DNA of 64,000 nt, taken from NCBI GenBank assembly GCA_951406725.2, contig OX597815.1, positions 7,440,001 to 7,504,000 of the forward strand, in the 5' to 3' direction. The translations under genes and the position numbers were made by a program. The stretch comes from Octopus vulgaris (Eukaryota). Position 1 is the first letter of the stretch. Each line of letters begins with the position of its first letter. Shown piece by piece: positions 24,302-38,640 of this stretch. The notes beneath the pieces were generated by a model, which had not been told where the DNA came from, made no database searches, and saw only the letters and a list, made by a program, of their open reading frames with translations.

Positions 24302-24439
24302 TTACCTGCAAATTACTTTCAGAGAGAAACATCTTGATCTTAGATAACTTGAGGGTTGAACAGAGAGAGTATATTGTATCTGCTCTTTACGTATATGGAT
24401 ACATCAGACAGTGTTCGTTTTAAATATTGTAAAAGTTAT

Positions 24440-24780
24440 AGAGGTTCCCGACTACTTTTTATCTATGGACCCCTTTGATTACTATTTCATTCTGGTGATC
24501 CCCACCCCTAGCCATTCGATGTTTAAAAACTAGTTTTATAGAAACTTCTTTCAAAATCCCTATTTTGTTTTTCACACGTTAACTTGTGCAGGTTGAACTA
24601 TGGGAAATGTCAAAGAAAGAAACTTAACTGTTTCTTGAAATACATACCAATACATACATCTAAAGAAAAATGTTTTTCAGGGGCTTTTAAAATACTATTG
24701 TAGACCCCAAAGTTTTGTGAATCCCCAAAGATCTTATATGGACCTTTAGGGGCCATATGAACCCCGGTTGAGAACTACTG
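24440..24780. mobile_element. hAT-like MITE remnant
   Basis: The right end ggttgagaactactg is a CAGT..TTCTCAACC-type TIR, with gaccc-type subterminal motifs. The left end is unclear. Confidence 0.45.
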
Positions 24781-24962
24781 TCTTACACAGTTGGGCTCTC
24801 TGGAGGTTTTAAACAGCTTCACTAATACAGAATATGGCATCACACATACAATACAAACTGGGCGTAAAAAAAGGGTTTGCTTATCCTCTTCTTTTGTTCC
24901 GTACGTTTCGTTTCAGTCCTTTGTGAATCGATGTCTGCAGAGACACACAAACATACATAAAC

Positions 24963-25503
24963 ATGTATGTATGTATGTATGTATGTATGTATGTATGTAG
25001 GTATGTAGGTATGTATGTAGGTATGTATGTATGTATGTATGTATGTATGTAGGTATGTAGGTATGTATGTATGTATATATGTATGTATGCATGTATGTAT
25101 GTATGCATGTATGCATGTATGTATGTATGTATGTATGTATGTATGTATGTATGTATGCATGCATGTATGTATGTATGTATGTATGTATGTATGTATGTGC
25201 CTGTATATATGTATACATGTGTGTATGCATGTATCTATGTATGTATGTATGTATGTATGTATGTGTGTATGCATGTATCTATGTATGTATGTATGTATGT
25301 ATGTATGTATGTATGTATGTATGTGTATGTGTGTATGTATGTATGTATGTATGTATGTATGTATGTATGTATGTATGTATGTTTGTATATATGTATGTAT
25401 GTATATATGTATGTATGTATATATATATGTATGTATGTATGCATGTATGTATGCATGTATGTATGTACGTATGTATGTATGTATGTACGTATGTATGTAT
25501 GTA

Positions 25504-25537
<34 letters not shown>

Positions 25538-25557
25538 CATGTATGTATGTACGTATG

Positions 25558-25591
<34 letters not shown>

Positions 25592-25652
25592 TGTATGTAT
25601 GTATGTATGTATGTGTGTATGTATGTATGTATGTATGTATGTATGTATGTGT
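24963..25652. repeat. (TATG)n microsatellite
   Basis: Directly visible. Confidence 0.97.
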
Positions 25653-26724
25653 GCACACATTAGTTGATGAATGATAGACGAACAAGAGTTACGTAATAAC
25701 CTTCATTAGCTCACAGTTGTTTCTGCTACCAGAAACACTGCACTCGCATCGACTAAGACTCGGTCGTATTCCGTTCACGGCTAAACAAGGTTTCTGCCTT
25801 CGATTAAAGGAAATCTGAACATATCTCCTTTGTATGATATGCTTAAGATCCTTCCACTCCGCTTTATTTCACTTATATAGACATCGTTGACAAAGTTTTA
25901 ATTAATTACTTTTATAATATCTTAAGGAGTAGCCCTTCGTTGACAGCTGATTTTCACACTAGAATGCCTTGGACTTTCCTAATAGCACACCCGCATAAGT
26001 TGGATTTTCTCCGTTTAGACATGGATTTTTTTTACTACACACTTGCAATGATGGGGGAGGGGGAACGTTTTATGAAAAGTAATTTTAGGAAATTTATGAA
26101 AAGCTCCCTCACCCCCGCCCCCACACACTTGCGGACCGATTTTGTCCTTTTTTTTGTTTTTGCATAACGCACTTGAAAATAATGGGAGACGCCTTTTCGG
26201 TAAAAAAGAGAAAAAAGTTTTGGAAAATTTATGAATTTTTTCAAACCCCACTCGCTCACTCAGTAATGTTTCTGGCCAATTGTTTTGCACTGTGCACTTA
26301 AAAACGATAGGAAAAGCCTTGAAGGTTAAAAAAAGTTGTTTGAAATCGGCGATAACCTCTACAATACTTTATTTTCGAATAGAAAATGGAAAGTAACTTA
26401 AAAACAATACTGAAATTTAGAAAATTTTTCATTAACGCCGTCCCTCCATAAATCCTAAAGTTTCGGCTTTTTTCCCAATTTTTTTTTTCAATCGTAGTTT
26501 TAAAGTACAGAGAGTCTGGATCTGAAATTCGTTTCTGTTTATAATTCCAAAACAATTTTCAAGAGAAAAGGTGTGTGCTTTAAAGAAGACTTAACTATTA
26601 TTTCTGGCACGTTCCATGACCACCTGCGACCTTACTCGTTTCTTTGTCGGTTTCACGTGCATTGATGTTTTTCTATATTTATTTCCTTTAAATACATTTT
26701 CTAGAATGATGATGCGTTGCGAGT

Positions 26725-26842
<118 letters not shown>

Positions 26843-26945
26843 AAGAAAAAGCATTTTTATTAACAGAAAAGGTTATTAAGTTAAATCATTTACATACCTT
26901 TTTTAAATCACACTTTCACGCCAATAAAATTATTTACACACTGAC

Positions 26946-26994
<49 letters not shown>

Positions 26995-27853
26995 ACACAC
27001 ACACATACTCAGCGTGAGTGATATACTTTTATAGAGAATGAGAGAGAGTGTGGCAAAATATAGAGAAAGCGGGTAAGTTTTCTTTATGAAAAGCGAAAAA
27101 TGGAAGAGAAAATATAGAGAGATCTTTTCTGTTGCAGTCACAGATTTTGAAATTTTAAAATCGAATGAAAATTTTCAATTTTGCTATATTGATCTACTTC
27201 TTCATGCTGAATTTGAGTTTGTGATTCATTTATTCAAGAAAAGTTTTTAGAAAAATGTTTCAGAGGTTTAAAGTTTCATCGTTTTTAACCAATCAGAAAA
27301 CGGGATTTGTACGCGATAGCTGTAAAATAGTGACGTAAACATTAGAAGATGAAGTTTTAAACAAAATGAAAGCAATGCATGAGAGAAAATACAAATAGAG
27401 AGAGAGGGAGAAAGAGACGAAGGGAAGGCGAGAGAGAGTGACAAAGACTTTGGTAAAGAATAGAGAGAGAGAGAGAGAGACAGATTCATGGTGACAGAAA
27501 GTAGATCTAAAAGTTGAGTTATTTCTCGTAGCAAATTATATTTTTCCCTATTATTTAGCCACAATATTCTCTTTGGGACGCAGATATCGTAAATCAAATT
27601 CGTTTTCCCCGATTTTGCACCGTTTCAGAGCCTTTTGGGGCTAAATGCACACACTTTCACATTTATATAGTAGATATACATACATGTATATACACATACA
27701 TAAATATAAACATAAACATACACGAATAACAATATATATATATATATCCTTTCCTTTTTGACCGACCAGTCCATCAGATGTAGTTACACATCGCTGGTCA
27801 CAATGCGTTCGCATTGTTTTAGCCTTCGAATGACGCCACCCCACTGGCTAAGG

Positions 27854-27890
<37 letters not shown>

Positions 27891-28112
27891 CAAATATAAA
27901 ATATAAAATATAAATTACAAAGTGGGACAAGAACGCAAAAACACACAAAGAGACGACACAAAAAAAAACAGACGGGTCACTCGAAGCCTCTAATCTTCAG
28001 TCGGAACCGGATCATCTTAGCAATTTCGGCTAATATGAATTAGAGATAAAACCACTATTAAGCAACTCAAACAGTGCTAGATATAAACCAATACATAAAT
28101 AACAAATAATAT

Positions 28113-28176
<64 letters not shown>

Positions 28177-28635
28177 AATTCATATTTTATATATTTATAC
28201 TCTGAAATTGGATTTAATACTAAACTGAATTTTCCCCTGTAAGTTTGGAGTTATACTCCCTAATATTATACATATATATATATATATACACAAACTGTGT
28301 CAACTTATTTCGTTTTTGGATTTGGTTTGAAAGATTCTTTATGTGAGTTCGTGTGTTGAAGCATATTCTGTTGTGTCTGGGGGAGAGTGATTCTCTTTTA
28401 GTGCCTTATTATTTAACATACTCACCGGTAAAGTTTTAACTCATTTACTTATTTATTTTTCCAAAACTTTTCGTTGCGTCTTGCACGATTACCTGCTACG
28501 TATATTTCCTATTTAGTACAGGGGATGTTTCATTTATGAGGACGTACTCCTGTATTTGTCAGAGGGTTGGGTCCTTTCGGTGCTTGGGTTAAAATGCAGA
28601 TGCTAAGAGAGAATGACTCTCCCCTATACGTATGT

Positions 28636-29046
28636 ATACTCTTTTACTCTTTTACTTGTTTCAGTCATTTGACTGCGGCCATGCTGGAGCACCACCTTTA
28701 GTCGAGCAAATCGACCCCGGGACTTATTCTTTGTAAGCCCAGTACTTATTCTATCGGTCTCTTTTTGCTGAACCGCTAAGTGACGGGGACGTAAACACAC
28801 CAGCATCGGTTGTCAAGCGATGGTGGGGGGACAAACACAGACATACAAACATACACACACACATACATACATATATATACATATATACGACAGGCTTCTT
28901 TCAGTTTCCGTCTACCAAATCCACTCACAAGGCATTGGTCGGCCCGAGGCTATAGCAGAAGACACTTGCCCAAGATGCCACGCAGTGGGACTGAACCCGG
29001 AACCGTGTGGTTGGTAAGCAGGCTACTTACCACACAGCCACTCCTG
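28636..29046 (-). mobile_element. SINE family A, near full length
   Basis: Reverse complement of family A. Confidence 0.92.
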
Positions 29047-29624
29047 TATGTCTGTCTGTCTGTCTGTCTGTCTGTATGTATGTATGTATGTATGTATGTA
29101 TGCATGTATGTATGTATGTATGTATGTATGTATGTATGTATGTATGTCTGTCTGTCTGTCTGTCTGTCTGTATGTATGTATGTATGCATGCATGTATGTA
29201 TGTATGTATGTATGTATGTATGTATGTATGTATGTATGTATGTATGTATGTATGTATGTATGTATGCATGCATGTATTTATCTATGTATGTATGTATGCA
29301 AGTATCTATGTATGCGACTGTGTGTCTGCGTATATATTAATTAAAGTTTCGTGATTAACAGCGTTAAGTTTCCATTTAATGATTCTTATCAAATGAATCA
29401 TTCAATAAGATAGCTCGAAACGCGCATGTCTGTCACGGAATAAATAAACAGATATGACTACTCCATGACCGCTGTCTCTTCAAGCGTTTATTTGATAGCG
29501 ATCTTCCAAATACGCATGCGTGCGCGCGTGATCTCTCTTGTGTGACTGTAAACGAAAAAGAGATTTCATTACTTTGTGTAACGTTTATATTTATAATTAA
29601 ATTATGATTGTGTGTGCGTGCGTG

Positions 29625-29679
<55 letters not shown>

Positions 29680-29717
29680 TAGTAAATAAAACATATACAT
29701 ATATATATGTATATATA

Positions 29718-29879
29718 GGCGCAGGAGTGACTGTGTGGTAAGTAGCTTGCTAACCAACCACATGGTTCCGGGTTCAGTCCACTGCGTGGCATCTTGGGCA
29801 AGTGTCTTCTGCTATAGCCCCGGGCCGACCAATGCCTTGTGAGTGGATTTGGTAGACGGAAACTGAAAGAAGCCTGTCG

Positions 29880-29910
<31 letters not shown>

Positions 29911-30120
29911 TTGTGTGTCTGTGTTTGTCCCCCTAGCATTGCTTGACAACCGATGCTGGTGTGTTTATGTCCCCGTCACTTAGCGGTTCGGCAAAAAAAA
30001 GAGACCGATAGAATAAGTACTGGGCTTACAAAGAATAAGTCCCGGGGTCGATTTGCCCGACTAAAGGCGGTGCTCCAGCATGGCCGCAGTCAAATTGACT
30101 GAAACAAGTAAGAGTAAAGA
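29718..30120 (+). mobile_element. SINE family A, full length
   Basis: Homology to 5463-5880. Confidence 0.92.
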
Positions 30121-30179
30121 GTAGAGAGAGAGAGTATATACATATGTGTACGTACCTACCTCTACATGTACATATACAC

Positions 30180-30410
30180 GCATATATGAGTACAGGACAC
30201 CAAAAAAACGTCGAACACAATGAGAAACGAAAACATAGACACAAGCCCAAGGAACTGGACATTTTTTTAAACAACAAAAAAATAGAGTACAGGACAATTA
30301 ATACAAAGAAAAAAGCCCTTCTTCAGTCGCTATGGTTTCATCTACTCTACGTTCGAAGGTAAAAGCGAGACGTATCTTCGACAAGAAACTTCCTTCCTGC
30401 GAAAAGCAAA
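30180..30410 (-). mobile_element. Dispersed repeat (probable Penelope-like end)
   Basis: Reverse-complement homologue of 60510-60740 and related to 55700-55930. Confidence 0.5.
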
Positions 30411-30767
30411 TCAATTAAAATTTTGAGATCTTTTCGCAGATGGGTAAAAAATGGTAACAAAAACAGGACAGTAATTAGAAGCAGCTCGAGGTATATAAAC
30501 AAAGTCAAACGCGCATACACGAGGTGTGTGTTTTGTTCGTATGTGGGACGACTGCGTCTTTTTTAGGCGTAAGAGAATATAATCTCAATGCCCCTGGTGT
30601 AAAAACACCCGCAAGCAGGTCATAGCCAAGGGAGACAACTCACATCACATTCCTTTTCTTCGGAGCAACAGACATCGATGTTTCGTTATTGTTGTGACTT
30701 CTCGATGCCGCGTAACGAAGAGGTCAAGATAGAATACTTTTTTGTTGTTCTTATCTTAATAGTAAAC

Positions 30768-30810
<43 letters not shown>

Positions 30811-31315
30811 ACATATATATATATATATATACCGGAAATAATATATTATTTCCGGTATTTTAGCGCGCCAAAACGAGGACTTTTGAAAAATAACCACAAG
30901 TGTAATAGGTAGAACTTTATACATGTCCAACCTCATGCGGACGTCCCGTGTATAGTTCTGCAAATTATATTTGTATTGACGACCATACTGAAGATCTACA
31001 GACAAGTTGCATAAGTAAAATTACATAACTGTTAATAGTGAAACATGTTTATGGTTGATCTATACTTTTTTTACTTTTCATATATCTTGCTCGCTTACGT
31101 TCTTGAGTTTGCTAAATTTTTCTTGAGAACATTCCTTAATTGTTAAGACCATAGCGGATCTACTTCTAGCATAAGGGTTGTCCACATAGTGGTCATCCTT
31201 CTCATATGTATGTAATACAATTTTTTGAACCTTCAGATTTTAATATGCTAGACCACTGGTTTTAAATTGATGTTAATCAAATTAATATACAATTTTTAAC
31301 CCTCAGTTTAAATTC

Positions 31316-31371
<56 letters not shown>

Positions 31372-31475
31372 TGTTGTTGTTGTATTTAGGAATGGTCATT
31401 TTGTGCCAGTTTAGCTATATATTTGGTGTTAATTTGCTTCAGCTTTATTTTTTACATTAATCTTAATCTTATTTC

Positions 31476-31520
31476 AACCAGAGTTCTTTCGTCACACTCC
31501 TGTGACCTCATCAGTGGTCC
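31476..31520 (-). ncRNA. Minimal type-I hammerhead ribozyme motif
   Basis: The minus strand reads ggacca-CTGATGA-g-GTCAC-aggagt-GTGAC-GAAA-G-aa-C-TC-tggtt, giving a complete core, stems I/II/III and a CUC cleavage triplet. Confidence 0.72.
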
Positions 31521-31591
31521 TTTGCTTTCTTCTTTCTTATTTGTGTGTCTCTCCTTACTAACGGTCAGCCATTTTGTATTTTGTATTCCTA

Positions 31592-31654
<63 letters not shown>

Positions 31655-32099
31655 CTGGTAAGGACGCAGTATTTAGTTTTGATACCATAGTATACTACCA
31701 AATATATTAAAGGTTTACAAGAGTCAATATGTGTCTCACCTTGTGTTAGCAGTGCGGTGTTTTCAGTTTAAAGTTTATCTCTATAGACTTCCAGTAGGAT
31801 TCAGAGCCAGCACTGCAAGTTACGGCGTTTTATAAACGAAGACGTCCAAGTAAACAATGCGATCGGAGACAAGATAGAGAGATTATGGGTGTTTTTCTAT
31901 ATATTGCGAGCTGAAGCAAGCTACTGCTATGTCTAGCAGAAGAGTATCAATCATGGAGCATGATCAAATAAGATCGAAATCACTCGGTACGATGGTCTCC
32001 GAACTAGAATTCTAGGGAACTCTTTCGCCGCTTGCAGTATGTATTGTATACAAAGAGCACTGAATAACCAGCTGGAGAAGGCGTCCTCGTGGCGATATA

Positions 32100-32443
32100 G
32101 GCGCAGGCGTGGCTGTATGGTAAGAAACTTGCTTCCCGACCACGTGGTTCTGGGTTCAGTCCCACTGCGTGGCACCTTCGGTAAGTGTCTTCTACTGTAG
32201 GCTCGGGCCCACCAATGCCCTGTGAGTGGATTTGGTAGGCGGAAACTAAAAGGCCGTCGTATGTATGTGTCTTTGTATCTGTGTTTGTCCCCTACCTCCA
32301 TTGTTTGACAACCGATGTTGGTGGGCTTACGTTCCCGTAGCTTAGCAGTAATGCGGTCTATTCATTCGACTAAAATCATCCTTCAAGGTGATGCCCCAGC
32401 ATAGCAGCAGGCTAATGGCAGAAACAAGTAAAAGATAAAAGAT
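32100..32443 (+). mobile_element. SINE family A, diverged
   Basis: Homology to family A. Confidence 0.87.
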
Positions 32444-32507
32444 AGGGTGGTAACGACTGTGAAGTTTCGCTGAAAATGACTTCATCAGTCTGACTATTTT
32501 TAAATGT

Positions 32508-32976
32508 GGATCTTTTCGGTTTGAACGGCAGTTTTTAACATAATTTCTAGGTAACTAAAAAATTTTAATCTTCGTATACTGGTAGAATGTGTTTATAAAA
32601 CATCATTTTCTCTTGGCTTTATTCAGAAAATTCTGTAGCTTGTAACATATTTCGTCTTTAATTTCTTGCATTTCGGCAATTTTAACCAATCACTGGCGTC
32701 TATTGAGTTAAAAAGCATTCTGTGCCGTATGAATATGTCCCTCGTTTAAGAAACAGATTGGGTTTATTTACATTTGTGAAGAAAAAAAGATACCCTTCCC
32801 CCACCTCTAACCCTAACTAACCCTAAAGACGAAATATGTTACAAACTACAGACTTTTCTCAAGAAAGCCAAGAGAAAAAGATGTTTTATAAACACATTCT
32901 ACCAGTATACGAAGTTTAAAATTTTTTAGTTACCTAGAAATTATGTTAAAAATTGCCGTTCAAACCGAAAAGATCC
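32508..32976. mobile_element. MITE with long TIRs and 8-bp TSD (Merlin-like)
   Basis: TIRs ggatcttttcggtttgaacggca / tgccgttcaaaccgaaaagatcc, and TSD ttaaatgt at 32500-32507 and 32977-32984. Confidence 0.88.
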
Positions 32977-33182
32977 TTAAATGTGTTTCTATTCAGTATC
33001 TCGTAATGCACCGTAGATACATCATCAGCAATATTTCCTGGGGTCATTATGCGTATTGGATCCTTCAACAGTCAGACATTCACCCAGGTGAGCAAGCAAG
33101 TATTGATCAAGCCCTAGCTTGTGTCCACTTTGTACCACCCGTGGTAGAACTATCTTATGAACTCATATGAAACAAACTTTAA

Positions 33183-33225
<43 letters not shown>

Positions 33226-33353
33226 TTATATGCGTGCTTAAATCTAAAAACTAGTTAAATACGCATACACAAAGGATATATGCATGCTTATATAAATAAA
33301 AACCATATCTAAAATGTTTTTATACGTATATACGTACATACATATATACATAT

Positions 33354-33386
<33 letters not shown>

Positions 33387-34080
33387 CATATGTATATATG
33401 TACATATGTATATATGTACATAGACATACATATATACATATATATATATGTAAATATATATGTACATATATATGTATATATATGTATATATAAATACATA
33501 TGTACATATGTATATATATGTATGTATATATATATATGTACATATATATATGTACATAAATATGTATATATATGTATATATATGTCTGTATATATATGTG
33601 TGTGTATGTGTGTGTGTGTAAAGGCGTGTCTGTATAATTGGATGTATGTGTGTATTTAAATATACTTACGTGTTTGTGATTGTGTGTGTATGTGTGTGTC
33701 TTTGTGTGTGTCTGTGTCAGTGCTTGGCATTCCGTCTTTAAATCATCCTGTTATATCCGGTCGAGGTTAAAGGTGAACCTTTGAAGTTAGCCGAAACATT
33801 GTCAACAACAATAGTGATTGTAATGACATTAAATGACATTGGAGGTGGAGAGGGAGGTGGAAGAGATGGTTGGGTTGTACGAGGTAGTAGCATTGGTTTG
33901 GGGGTCATGGTGGTGGTGGTGGTGGTGGTGGTGGTGGGGAATGGTGGTGGTATTTGCGATGGTAGTAGTGGTGGTGGTGGTATTTGCGATGGTAGTAGTG
34001 GTGGTGGTGAGAGGAAGGCGTGCAGACCAGTAAGTAGATGAGAAATGACGTGTGGAAATTTATGTACAGCTTGCCTTTCA

Positions 34081-34180
34081 AGTCTGTCTGCCTGTCTGTC
34101 TGTCTGTCTGCCTGCCTTTCTGTCAGTCTGTCTGTCTGCCTGCCTGTCTGCCTGTCTGTCTGTCTGCCTGCCTGCCTGCC

Positions 34181-34217
<37 letters not shown>

Positions 34218-34490
34218 GCCTGCCTTTCTGTCAGTCTGTCTGTCTGTCTGCCTGTCTGCCTGTCTGTCTGCCTGCCTGCCTGTCTGTCTGTCTGTCTGTC
34301 TGCCTGCCTGCCTGCCTTTCTGTCGTCTGTCTGTCCTGCCTGCCTGTCTGTCTGTCTGTCTGTCTTACGAGTCTGTCTATCCCACCGTCCGTCCGTCTGT
34401 CTGTCCGTCCGTCCGTCCGTCCGTCCGTCTGTCTGTCTGTCTGTCTTACGAGTCTGTCTATCCCACCGTCCGTCCGTCTGTCTGGCCGTC
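34081..34490. repeat. (TCTG/CCTG/CCGT)n compound microsatellite
   Basis: Directly visible. Confidence 0.95.
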
Positions 34491-34807
34491 TATCAGAACA
34501 CACGCATGTACAAACACGCGTGCGTACGTACATTTGTACGTACACATATGCATGTTTTTTTTTAATCCCCGTGCTCGCGCGCGCTCGTTTGTCCCACCTG
34601 TCTGGCACTACTCTTACAATGTTGACGAAGAACCCAATGAAGTTATCACGCTACTCTTATCGATATCGATCAAACAGATCAAAAGCAATAATCTCGAAAT
34701 ATATTTACGTGTTGTATATATTTAACAGAAGTCGCTGCTGTGTGCAGAATCAACTCAAATCTGATCTTGCAAAACCTCTGGTCGATCTCGTCTGTTCATT
34801 TGATATA

Positions 34808-35185
34808 TCTTTATATATAAAAGAGAAGTTGTGTGTCTGTCTCCTACGATTTAGATTCCTAACTACTCCCACATTTTGCGGTGTATCTTATAGTCGTGAT
34901 TCATATCGAGCCCTTCTGGGTATTAGCGCGCGTCTATGATGAGTCTACGATTTAAAAAAAAAATTACCATCATTTTTTTTCATTTTAATGCATTTTTTCG
35001 TTATTATATAAGGGAAGTAACTCTCTAAAAATGTCTACGATGAGTCAACGATTAAAAAAAAATTTACCATAATTTTTTTTCCATTTTTAATGCAATTTTT
35101 TGCTTCTTTTTGGCTATAACTCTCTAAAAATGCTTATATAGTTATTTCCCTTACAAACCCGAGCAACGCCGAGCGATACTGCTAG
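34808..35185 (+). mobile_element. Non-autonomous Helitron, copy 4
   Basis: A|TCtttatatataaaag ... cccgagcaacgccgagcgatactgCTAG|T. Confidence 0.88.
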
Positions 35186-35435
35186 TTTTGTATATAGGAC
35201 TGTATCAAGTAATGCCTTCACTTCATCTAAAATGAACGCTTATGAAGCAAAGATGATTTGGTTGTTATTTCTAGCCGGTTGAGTGACCATGTGGAGGTTT
35301 CTTCTCGCAACTTTCACCTGTAAATTCATGTAGCCATCATAATAGTCATGCTGGTTGCTTGTTTATTGGCACAGGAAGCTCTAAAATTTATGACTATAGT
35401 TTTCACTATCATTTGGAATTTTGTTTTGTTTACTC

Positions 35436-35823
35436 TTTTACTCTTTTACTTGTTTCAGTCATTTGACTGCGGCCATGCTGGAGCACCGCCTTTAATCGAG
35501 CAAATCGACCCCAGGACTTATTCTCTTGTAAGCCCAGTACTTATTTTATCGGTCTCTTTTGCCGAACCGCTAAGTAACGGGGACATAAACACACCAGCAT
35601 CGTTTGTCAAGCAATGCTAGGAGGACAAACACATACACACACACACACATATATATACATATATATGACAGGCTTCTTTCAGTTTCCGTCTACCAAATCC
35701 ACTCACAAGGCTTTGGTCGGCCCGAGGCTATAGTAGAAGACACTTACCCAAGGTGCCACGCAGTGGGACTGAACCCGGAACTATGTGGTTGGTAAACAAG
35801 CTACTTACCACACAGCCACTCCT
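35436..35823 (-). mobile_element. SINE family A
   Basis: Reverse complement of family A. Confidence 0.9.
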
Positions 35824-37217
35824 GTTTGGCGAGGTTTTCTATAAATTTAATACTGCATTCGGCGAGGTGTGTAGACATGTTCCACATAACAACAACAAAA
35901 TGAATGTGAATATCTTATCCTTCTTTAGATATGGTTGTGCATGTGCTACAACCTTGGTTATGTTGTGTGTGTGTGTGTATGTGTGTCCTTAAATGAAAGT
36001 ATAGCTTATTTACTGGTAGTGTGGTGGTTTATAGCTCAGGGCCTATAAGAATGGAGATTCTGACGGTACGGCGGTCCTGGGCCTTAAGAACTAAGATTAG
36101 GAGTTTGACTATTTTGAGAGAACCGACCTTGTAGCAAGAGATAGAAACGAACCACTAGCGTAGATAGAGTGTGTATCAGGGCGGGCCCTCCGTTTGCCGT
36201 CCCCAGACCCCACAAAACATACATATTGCCTACAGCAGATCCAAAAGTGGTGCCCCCTTTAAAAGTGCCACCCCTACCGCCCCACCCTAGCTACGCTTGT
36301 GAAACGAACCCAGCATATTCCAATTACCTAGTCAATGGCATGATCTAATCACGCACATCGCACGTTGTTCTAATTATCCACTGATCAGCTTGCTGTCATA
36401 TCCTGGAACAACCAATTCTTCCCGAAATGTCGAGTCTAATTAGTCATTCTACTGAGCTCGACATCTAATCTCGCTGCATTACTCCCCGCAGCCGAAACAC
36501 TAACTGCTAACAACACAGTGAACCTCCGAATATGACAACATACTTTGACAGTGCTACAACCTTTTTTGGAGTCTGAAAGCAGCTTTTTTGTTGTCCATAA
36601 ACCTCTGAAGATATGGAATTGCAGATTGGTTTTCATAAGATCTGTTGTGTTCAATACTGTTCTATCAGACTAAGTTTTTAAAAATCTATTCTGTTTGGCC
36701 TCGTTCTGTGGAAATTTCAAAATGTAGTGAAAATTTTAAAATTTGGTGTATTGATGTAATTTTCCACGCTGAATTTCAGGAGGTATTTCACTTTTTCTAG
36801 AAATATATTTGGAAAAAAAAAGTTATAGAGGTCTAAATTCTGATAATTTTTACCCAGTTAGAAAACAAGATTTGAAAGGTGTCATTTTGTGCATGACTGC
36901 AGGAACTGTCAACATTCTGAAAATAGCACGTGTTTTGATATGAAACAGTAAACAAATCAAATTCTTCTTTACGCACGACATATAACCCCTCATAACTTTT
37001 TTTTATTTTTTGGAATTTTCAGAAATGTCTTGCAAATTTGTATTCTATACACGGGAATTCATACGATTATGCATGAACCCCAAAAAATTTGGTAGGGGCG
37101 TAATTTAAGGCCTGTATAGCTGTTACTTGTAGCACATCCCATGACTAGAGAACAAGCTGCAGTAGAACACAAGCAGTAGAACACAACGTCAACGCACATA
37201 CATTTGCGTAGATTCTA

Positions 37218-38120
37218 TGCAAGGGCAACCTGCAGCCCGCGGGCCACATGCGGCCCTCCACATGTGGCTGTGCGGCCCTCGACGAATTTCTAGGTTACTA
37301 ATTTGCAGCATAGCCTAAGAGAGGCAACATCTCAAATTCTATCTAATATTGAAAATATGGTAAAGAATGTGAATGCGCAAAAATCTCGAAATGAAATTTG
37401 TTCTTTAATAAAACATCAATGAATTTCCTTCTTGTTTTTTTTTTTGTTTTTACCTTAATATTTTAAACTGTAATTTATTTACACTAGTAATCATCATTAA
37501 AAGAAAGAGATGCCAGCCTAATGTAAACTTTCATACTAAGACAAATAAGATTAAGAAGAACTGCAAAAAATTCAGTTTAAAGTGAGCAAGTAATAGGCGC
37601 AGGAGTGGCTGTGTGGTAAGTAGCTTGCTCACCAACCACATGGTTCCGAGTTCAGTCCCACTGCGTGGCATCTTGGGCAAGTGTCTTCTGCTATAGCCCC
37701 GGGCCGACCAATGCCTTGTGAGTGGATTTGGTAGACGGAAACTGAAAGAAGCCTGTCGTATATATGCATGTATATATATATATAAGTGTATGTGTATATG
37801 TTTGTGTGTCTGTGTTTGTCCCCCTAGCATTGCTTGACAACCGATGCTGGTGTGTTTACGTCCCCGTCACTTAGCGGTTCGGCAAAAGAGACTGATAGAA
37901 TAAGTACTGGGCTTACAAAGAATAAGTCCCGGGGTCGATTTGCTTGACTAAAAGAAAAAAAAAGGCGGTGCTCCAGCATGGCCGCAGTCAAATGACTGAA
38001 ACAAGTAAGAGAGTAAGAGAGTAAGTAATACTATATGCATATGTGTCTTATCATGCGACCCTCTCCCACTTGGAAATGGTACGATGTGGTCCCCAGTTGA
38101 CGAAAAGTTGTCCATCCTTG
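37218..38120. mobile_element. hAT (Charlie-like) MITE interrupted by a SINE-A
   Basis: Ends gggcaacctgc / gttgtccatccttg, with tgcggccc-type subterminal repeats at both sides. Confidence 0.55.
37596..38025 (+). mobile_element. SINE family A, full length
   Basis: Homology to 5463-5880. Confidence 0.92.
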
Positions 38121-38640
38121 GAGAATATATTTGTCAACGCATGTGTTTTCTTGCAGACAAAAGAGTTCTCAAGTTTCGCTTCTAACTTATTCAAAATGTT
38201 ATTTCCGAAAATTGTTTCCGTTTTCCTTGAGTATACAAAAGACAAATTTCGGTGGAGCAAAACGAGATAAATTTACCTCTTCAATTCTTCCGATGAAAAC
38301 AGACTCATACACATCAACATCATATTAGTGACTTGTAGGGATGCGGTACATCGTTATGCGACCGTAATATACTATAACGTATAGACATCAGAAAGATCAG
38401 AAGAGCAAAAAAAATTTTAAATATCTTGAGCAAATGAAAGAAAATGGATCATAGCAAAATGACGCATGAAATGATATAAACGAAACTCGATTAAATCTAA
38501 AGCCTCAGCATAAAATAGTCTCTGAAACTTCATTACTGTCTGCTGGTGTGACTCCCTTCCTGATATATTCGCGCATCATGTAGTTAAAGAGGAGACATTA
38601 TTAGGATTAGTCGTTACTCGTTTTGCCCCACTTCATAATC

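Noticed and set aside
25922-26583. Possible TTAA-flanked Kolobok-like element (similar stretch at about 36690-37110)
   Set aside because: The TIRs are too degenerate to support by eye.
32455-32492. Minus-strand CTGATGA...GAAA motif
   Set aside because: Stem I and stem II do not pair convincingly.
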